This document shows positions 42,650-50,118 of a DNA stretch of 50,118 nucleotides, piece after piece. The stretch is from Trichoplax sp. H2 (taxonomy: Eukaryota): contig NOWV01000316.1 of assembly GCA_003344405.1 (NCBI GenBank), positions 1 through 50,118 of the forward strand, given 5' to 3'. Under the pieces are notes generated by a model. That model was not told where the DNA came from. It worked only from the letters and a program-made list of their open reading frames with translations, and made no database searches. Made by a program: the position numbers and the translations under genes. Position 1 is the first letter of the stretch; every line of letters starts with the position of its first letter.

Positions 42650-44842
42650 TCACGATAGTGAAGCTTCTTCCAATAAACTCCTGAAGGTTCCTTTTCTAGA
42701 AGTAAGCCTCCTTGAAACTGGCTTAGCTAATTCTTCTATCCTTAGTGAACATTCAGCATTTAAAGCTCGTTTTGATACTTTTAAACTATGATCTTCGTGA
42801 TTAATATGATAAACTTTTGACTTTGCTAGCTGCTGAATTCGAACTGAAGCATGTGCTTTTGTAGCTGCCATGCTGACTGTATCTATGTGAACGCGATCAG
42901 TAAGAAACTTGGGATGCAATCGCTTCGGCTTTGATAATTCTAAGATACGATCTGAACACTCGTAATCTGTAATGCTTACACGCCGCTTTTTACGCTTTTT
43001 GGTTGGTTGCTGTCTGTAATTAGAGTAGAAAAGGATGGTCAATCCAATCATGCACAGGTTTATTTTTTAGATTATGCATTGAAGTATATCGTATGGCTAC
43101 AACACTAAACAGATACGGTAATAATAAGATAGTCTCTAATTTTGACTGCTTAATTGTAATTTCAACGCTGCATAGCCTATTGCCTTATAGTTGCTACTAA
43201 TATAATATTAGCAGAATAACTACGAACGATTCATAAACAGCACTCCAGGGCCGTACAGTAAATGGCTTTTTGGGCTGCGCAAGTTGTTCAATTCGTGCGG
43301 ATGCCTGACCATACTTCAAAGCACTTTCAGCGACGCTTATATTATAACGATCTAATTGAAAATTCGATGGCAATTGTTTGGGCTGTGCCAATGTTTCTAT
43401 TCGTTGGCTCATGTTATAGTTCTTAGCAGAATTGCTAACACTCCAAGATGCAGAAGGCCTACGTAAGAATTATAACAATTCTAATATGAATTTGATAATC
43501 TATGGTAGTATATGAATTATCTGTAATGCATTGCTTTTTATATATTCAAAATTTAGTTCAGAAGTTTAGATTGTACCTGTCCATCACAAATTGAGTTGGT
43601 AGTAGCTTCGGTTGTGCGAGAGCCTGGATACGTTCTGGAAGATCTGAGTCACATTTGAATAAATATGATAAACATTAGTAATTTAAATTTAATGAAGCTC
43701 AAAGGTTATCAACAGTGCTGCAAGGATTTTGTATGAATAATCCTTTAGCAGGAGTTATACTATTGTATATCGATTTATCGCTTTTTTATGCTATGTTGGA
43801 GAATCATAACATTATAATTTAGCAACAGTCGATTTTAAGGATTAAATATTACAATGACTGATGCTATTAGAACATTTTAAGATTACTTCTGCTTAATCAA
43901 AAAACAGTTAATTGTAATAACACCTTAAAACTATGAGATGCTTTTATGATACGTGTCATTAATCAATTCTATATAAAGATGCTCACCCTTATCTTTTGCT
44001 TTGCTATTTTTTTCGTGTAATTCATTTAGACGCTCATACACAGAACTCCTGCAAGTAAATACATATGTAAGTTAATATTTATATATACATAAATTGTATA
44101 ATAAAGGTGAATTTTCTTGAGTTGTTTACTTATATATCACTGCTACATGATATGGGTATTCCATATCGCACATATTACGCCGAGTATTATTAGCATTTTA
44201 CGAATTACTTATAATAACTGTCTTCAATAATTATAATTATTTCTTTACGCTCAATTTTAAGTTATAGTATTCAATACAGCTACAACTGCTGGCATTACTA
44301 TTATTATTTTGCCTTTGTGAATTCCATTTTGAATCTTAATCATGGGCTATTATCTTTATATTTATCATATCGTTACCTGTTAGGTTTATGTTGAGTTGGT
44401 AACTGTCTTGGTTTCGATATAACATTAATTCGGGTTTGTTTTTCTGTTTAACGATTATAATCAAATACTTATATTTTAGATGAGTAATTACTGTAGCCAT
44501 AATATTAACAGTAACTTAGAAGTGATTTTACAGAACGTAGTGCATATATAGTTAAACTGTGATTGGATTACAGGAGTTTCATTTAATGCGATTTTGGCAA
44601 TATTACAAAATTCAGACTAATGAATTCAAGATGTATGACAGTACCTCATCCAGAATACTACATTTACGAATAATTTTACTAATATTTTGCCACCGTACTA
44701 GTAAAAACTGACAGATCATGTACTATACATATATGTACTCACTTTGCATAACAACATACGAGTATACAGATTACCAAAGCACTCATAATACTCGCACACG
44801 TATTAATTATTAAAGAATCTACTTACCAGTTGAATGATTCAT
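42650..44842 (-). CDS. THEG: THEG-repeat protein (testicular haploid expressed gene / SPMAP2-like), 6 exons
   Basis: Exons are approximately 44827-44842, 44377-44443, 43988-44049, 43577-43643, 43223-43458 and 42650-43010, spliced in frame. Repeats read RINVISKPRQLP, RIQALAQPKLLP, RIETLAQPKQLP, RIEQLAQPK, RILELSKPKRL, RIQQLAKSK and RIEELAKP, with VS..A linkers typical of THEG repeats. Confidence 0.82.
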
Positions 44843-45439
44843 GTCGATTTCTTAATTTACTTCTAATTAAGATATTCTCGTAAATCAGATAAATAATAGC
44901 AATGGATAAGTTAGGTAAAACTAACTAAAGACTGTCGTATTCCAATATTATCTCAGCGCAGTTCGTCCAGCCAAAGCAAGTTGATTTTATCACAGTTTCA
45001 AAGGTTTTATAATACTCTCTTTTCGATTGAGTGCCACGCTTTCATTACGTCTTCTGGTTAATTACAATCTACCACCTCATACTGAAGTAAATTTTAATGT
45101 GGAAAATATAAAATACATGCACTAGCTGCTTTATAGTAGATATGGTCCAATAAGACGTGCAATGTTGAGTTCTGTTGACTTCTGTACGTTATATTTGCAA
45201 GTAAAGATAAGAAGCGTTGAGATGCGCTGTGATTTAATCCAGTAATGATTTACAACGAATACAATATACTTATGGCTCATAGATAGAGTGTGAATGTGGC
45301 ATATTAAGAACTGTTACTAAGTGACATATAACAAAAAAAATAGAAGAATGGCTATGTAGCTATTCATTTATTCTGCAAACATGTTTACTAGAAATTTAAT
45401 ACTGTTGCCTGGGCGACGCGCAAGCGGTGTTCGATTATG

Positions 45440-45722
45440 ATTACAGTACAGTACAGTACGGTATACTATACACTTATACAGTACAGTACTGTAGAAAAGT
45501 TGATAGAACACTTACTGTACCGTATTATTTTAGAGTGTACTGTACTGCACTGTACTGTACAGTACTGTATGGCAGGGACTTCCAGTACAGTACAGTACAG
45601 TACAGACTGTAATAAGAAGTCCTTGCTGCAAATCCGTGTACTGTACTGTACTGTATTTGTAGTGTACTGTACACTGTACAGTACAGTACTGTACAGTATG
45701 CAGTGTACATAGTACTGTAGTC
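45440..45722. repeat. TACAG/CTGTA pentamer island in the divergent THEG/HDDC2 intergenic region
   Basis: tacagtacagtacagtac, gtactgtactgcactgtactgtacagtactgta and cagtacagtacagtacagtacag. Confidence 0.9.
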
Positions 45723-45789
45723 AAGAGTCATAGTAGCATGGTAGTGCTGCGCATGTCGTAGTAAATTGTATACAGAACTGCATCCGGCA

Positions 45790-47383
45790 ATGGCGGAAAT
45801 TGAAGGGATATTTAAATTTATGAAAATATGTGGTCAGTTAAAGGTATATCACAATCAAAACTGGCTAATTAGTTACATGTTAGATAATAAAGTCTAAAAT
45901 CCAATTTGAATGTCGTATTCTACTCGTACGCATACCGTATTATTATAGTTTGAAATAGCTGAAGCCTCAAGATAATGTCATAATTGTAATAATAATAATT
46001 ATATTTATTCGTCATGCAATAGAAAGTTAAACGTACGGGCTGGGTTAACCATCAAGTTACAGCTCCGGAAAGCGTTGCTGGGCATATGTATAGAATGGCC
46101 ATGATGACCTTTTTACTTGATGATCCGGAAATCTCATTAGATAAGACGAGGTCAGTATGAAGTAGGGTGGGTTGAGTGTCAGATTCTTTAGGATAAGTTA
46201 TTTACGTCACATGTATGCGTATCTATCGAATTGCATAGGCAATATCATGATAGTTATTATTATTATTGTTATTATATTATCGGACATAATAAACGTGCTC
46301 GATAGATGTATGAAGGTAGCAATTGTACATGATTTAGCCGAGAGTATTGTTGGTGATATAACTCCATTCGATGGTGTGACCAAGGAGGATAAACACAGAA
46401 TGGAGAAGGTTAGCTCTCGAATCTATTAAGCGTAGCAGAATCACTGATACCAATCAGAATTTGTTAGGGTTATGGCTTTGCAATTCTTTTTCTCACGCAA
46501 TTCGAAATTTGCTATCTTCTAGTGCTAACTTAACATTGCGTAATTTATAATTATAGGAAGCTATGCAGAGTATCAAAGCTTTAGTTAGCAATGAGGTATT
46601 GGAATAATGATGTCATATGTATAGGTACTGTAATATCTTTATTTATTGTTAAAATATCAACCCAAATTTATGTATGCTGATTCATTCCGATAATGAAGGT
46701 TGGCGATGAAATCTTTAGCTTATGGGAGGTAAACTCATTTTACACTATCATTAATTGTCTTAAACTTAGAACCTTGTATCAATGCAGTCACGTAGAATCG
46801 AGTAAAGTTTACTTATGTTCGAGATTTGCTTCATGAATTCAGAAATCAATAATTTTTCGTATGATATACAGGAATATGAGACACAAGCAACTGCTGAGGC
46901 CAGGGCCGTTAAGGATTTGGACAGATTTGAGATGATATTACAAGCTTTTGAATATGAGGAAGGTAAGTTTTGTGCAGCCTTTAAAAAATACTCATATTGT
47001 TTTACTCAAAATATTGCATTATATTACTGAATAGGACAAAATATTTAAGTTCTTTCATTGTCAACTTTATTCAATTACAGATGAAAATCGATTTGGAGAC
47101 TTGGAAGATTTTTTTAAGTCTACCGAAGGTACGTTTTTTAGTTTATATCTTTGAAATCCTAAAATTTTTTCAGCATTGGCAATAGTAAAATTTACAGTTA
47201 TTATTTTACTGTAGTAATGAAATCTTTAGTAGCAATATGGTCTGCATGCTATGTTATTTTACGGAATGCTTCTTAATTATTCTTAATGAATAACAATCTA
47301 TCGCTTCAGGTAAATTTAAGCATCCAGCTGTAAAAAGATGGGATAGCTATTTAAGAAATAAAAGAAGAGAGAAACTTAAATGA
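45790..47383 (+). CDS. HDDC2: HD domain-containing protein 2 (5'-deoxynucleotidase), 8 exons
   Basis: Encodes MAEIEGIFKFMKICGQLK|KVKRTGWV..PESVAGHMYRMA, RCMKVAIVHDLAESIVGDITP, EYE..TAEARAVKDLDRFEMILQAFEYE and GKFKHP. TGA at 47381-47383. Confidence 0.95.
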
Positions 47384-48322
47384 AATCGAACTGAATCTAA
47401 ATATCGAAACCTATATATTAATCTAGCTGCTCTCTCTGTGTAAAGAGGTGTAAATACGTTATAATTTACGTGTTTGGTTATTATCCAAGTCTCTGTTTAT
47501 AAATTTTTCCGCTATACGAACATTGATCAAATCCGATTTTCACTGTTTGAACCTTGATATGGTGTTATGGATGGAGAGTCCACACATGGCTATTGTATTA
47601 GTATACATGTTGGTATCAAATATGTTGCTGTTGCTTGTACAATGCGTAAAATTATAATCGGTATACCGTCATGCATTAGATCAGTTGCAATTAATTGCAA
47701 TACTATCTAACTCAGATTATTCTAATTAGCTAACGATTTTACGTTATCATAGATCACTGATCTTTTGCAATAGCGATTAGTGTCTTCATACTTAATACGT
47801 CGCTGTTGTTAGTATTGTTGGATTTTAAGCTGCGATATCTGGGGCACATGAGACAAATTTTTACGCAAATTTCAATATTGTACACATGTTTCAAGTAAAT
47901 TGTCCATGCAAATTAAACTAGTAAAGGAGATTTCGACGCTGTAAAGTAGTGTTCTCTATTATAATTCTATTTTGTAGCCTTTTAGACACATGTACTATGC
48001 AGTTTGTGGAAGATAATTTCATTTACGGCAGAGATTGTAGGCTTTTAGGATAAAATCTATCTACAAAACTACGCATCATAAATTAAGTATTATTCGCATT
48101 CGTGATTCATTTCATTGGGGTCTACTGTTGCAAGATATACTGTACGCGTATTGTCGATGCATGGTGTTCTACTGGTGGGATTATATCAAAGATACTGTAG
48201 AGTTATTAATCTATAGTTTATCAACATTAAATATCAACGCAGCCATTTCACAAATGAAATAAGCTAGCTTTTACTGTAATAAATCAACGTTGAAATTATT
48301 CTCATTTAAGTATCGGAAATAT

Positions 48323-48457
48323 CAGGAACTACTCAACTAAAAATTCTGCCTCAAAAGCCGAAATTCAAAAATTTTTCTCCAATACTTTTAGTCGAGTATA
48401 TTACATAATTTTTTAGTTACGGCTTTTAAAGGAAACTTTTTAGTTGAGTAGTCCCTG
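48323..48457. mobile_element. MITE (~135 bp) with terminal inverted repeats and a target-site duplication
   Basis: caggaactactcaactaaaaa and tttttagttgagtagtccctg are 20/21 complementary. An inner inverted repeat pairs aaaagccgaaattcaaaaatt with aattttttagttacggctttt. The direct repeat ggaaatatc lies at 48315-48323 and 48457-48465. Confidence 0.85.
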
Positions 48458-48509
48458 GAAATATCTGCAATTCAGATCTACGACATTGCTTTGCAATCAG
48501 CGAGTCGTT

Positions 48510-49325
48510 GTACTTACAGTGTACACTGCCTGGACTAGTGATTTGTATAGTACTGTACTATGCTTATAGTACATAAAGTATGAAGTACCGAACTGCATCC
48601 CACGTCTACTACTCAACTACTGTATTTCAGTTTAAGCATTACAACAGCTCTTGCCCTTCTGAACTGTACAGTGTACAGTACGTTATTGACAAAATACTGT
48701 ACACTGTACACTGTACAAAACCTGGACTAGTGATTTGTATAGTACTGTACAGTACATACAGTATTAGTACTGTACAGTGTACAGTACTGTGCTTACACTA
48801 CTGTACATAAAGTATAAAGTACCGAACTGCATCCCACGTCTACTGAGTACTCAACTACTGTATTTCAGTTAAGCATTGCAACAGCTCTTGCCCTTCTGAA
48901 CTGTACAGTGTACAGTACGTTATTGACAAAATACTGTACACTGTACACTGTACAAAACCTGGACTAGTGATTTGTATAGTACTGTACTGTACAGTACTGT
49001 ACTGTGCTTACACTACATAAAGTATAAAGTACCGAACTGCATCCCACGTCTACTACTCAACTACTGTATTTCAGTTATGCATTGCAACAGCTTTTGCCCT
49101 TACTGAACTGTACAGTGCACAGTACTTTATTGGCAATAATACTGTAAACTGTACACTGTGCACTGTACAAAACCTGGACTAGTGATTTGTATAACATACT
49201 GTACTGTATACTGTGCTTACAGTACAGTACTGTCAATACATACATTATGAAGTACCGAACTGCATCCCACGTCTACTACTCCACTACTGTATTTCAGCAT
49301 TGCAACAGCTTTTGCCCTTACTGTA
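48510..49325. repeat. Minisatellite, ~4 copies of a 210-235 bp TACAG-rich unit upstream of MRPS28
   Basis: aagtaccgaactgcatcccacgtctact occurs at about 48583, 48817, 49027 and 49250; cctggactagtgatttgtata is also repeated. Confidence 0.93.
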
Positions 49326-49499
49326 CTACATGCTGACATTCGCTGCACATCGGCGCTCATTGCTCAACATCTGGAAAGATAACTTGATTTAATAAGAACC
49401 TTTGAGGTTCTGCCCTAAATTTAGTGATTGATTAGGAACCTGAGAAACTAATTAAATTCAAAGCATAGAAGCAGGATATTTCTACAAATTAAGTGAATA

Positions 49500-50065
49500 A
49501 TGCTACGTCGTTATTGTACAGGAAATTTAATGCAGCTGATGCGAAGCAGCATTGGTTGTCGATGGTTCGCACTTTCAACATCAATGAAGAACAGCAACGA
49601 TTCTTCCAACAACACTTTAGATAACAGTAGCTATAAAGAATCATTTGAAATGAAAGACAGCAACTTTGAAAACATGCTCCGACATTCAAAGTTTATAGGT
49701 ATTGGTAAACCGGGCAAGAAAAAGGTTACTGGCCATATCAAGCATGTGGTTGGCGATGATTTATATGTAGATTTTGGTGGTAAATTTTACGGCGTTGTTA
49801 AACGTCCAAGCTATGCAGGAGATCGGTACGAACGCATTTTAATTTTGTAACGATCGATAATTAATTAATATGGCTAATCTTTCAGTTCCCTCGGTAATAA
49901 AGTGTCACGTATTAATAACTCGTTTCTTTTCTTGTCTGCTTGATTAGAGGTTACAAGTTAGGGGACAGCGTTACAATACGATTAAGAGATACCGAAGTTA
50001 CTGGACATTTTATAGGACAGAGTCGTCATATGACTCTTTGCGAAGCTGATATTAGTCTTACGTGA
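49500..50065 (+). CDS. MRPS28: Mitochondrial ribosomal protein bS1m (S28), 2 exons
   Basis: Exon 1 (49500-49825) encodes an R-rich presequence, FENMLRHSKFIGIG and GHIKHVVGDDLYVDFGGKF. Exon 2 (49948-50065) encodes GDSVTIRLRDTEVTGHFIG..MTLCEAD, ending in TGA. Confidence 0.93.
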
Positions 50066-50118
50066 TTTTAGACATACGTCGTACATGCGAAACCGATCGA
50101 AAGGTACTCGTCTGTGAA

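Noticed and set aside
45427..45731. YSTVQ/CTVLY-rich ORFs (also 13201-13921, 40526-40813, 48580-48810, 870-1073)
   Set aside because: They are translations of stop-poor TACAG/CTGTA pentamer repeats, open on both strands, with no protein features.
47824..48047. Weak Kolobok-like inverted ends (ttaagctgcgatatctg / cagagattgtaggctttta), and a similar weak IR at ~4144 and ~4570
   Set aside because: Complementarity is too low to distinguish from chance in AT-rich DNA.

Overview
AT-rich, intron-dense eukaryotic (animal) genomic DNA. The short introns, compact gene spacing, gene content and TACAG/CTGTA-rich intergenic DNA suggest a placozoan (Trichoplax-like) scaffold; this is an inference. Ten spliced protein-coding genes can be reconstructed by eye: TMCC (+), SNRNP48 (-), ASPH (+), EXT1 (+), two divergently oriented LACTB2 paralogues (-/+), Hippo kinase STK3/4 (-), a THEG-repeat protein (-), HDDC2 (+) and MRPS28 (+). 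Intergenic DNA holds several minisatellite arrays, a MITE with a target-site duplication, a fold-back element, a probable decayed Ty1/copia remnant, and a 20-N gap flanked by a duplicated segment. Most notable: (1) SNRNP48 appears to carry an extra PWI-like domain; (2) palindromic TACAG/CTGTA pentamer islands sit just upstream of several housekeeping start codons; (3) the EXT1 GT64 domain has lost its DxD and other conserved motifs; (4) STK3/4 has a probable GC-AG intron; (5) five of the gene families have human orthologues on 8q. Comparisons with human proteins are from memory, and exon boundaries were read manually and may be off by a few bases.
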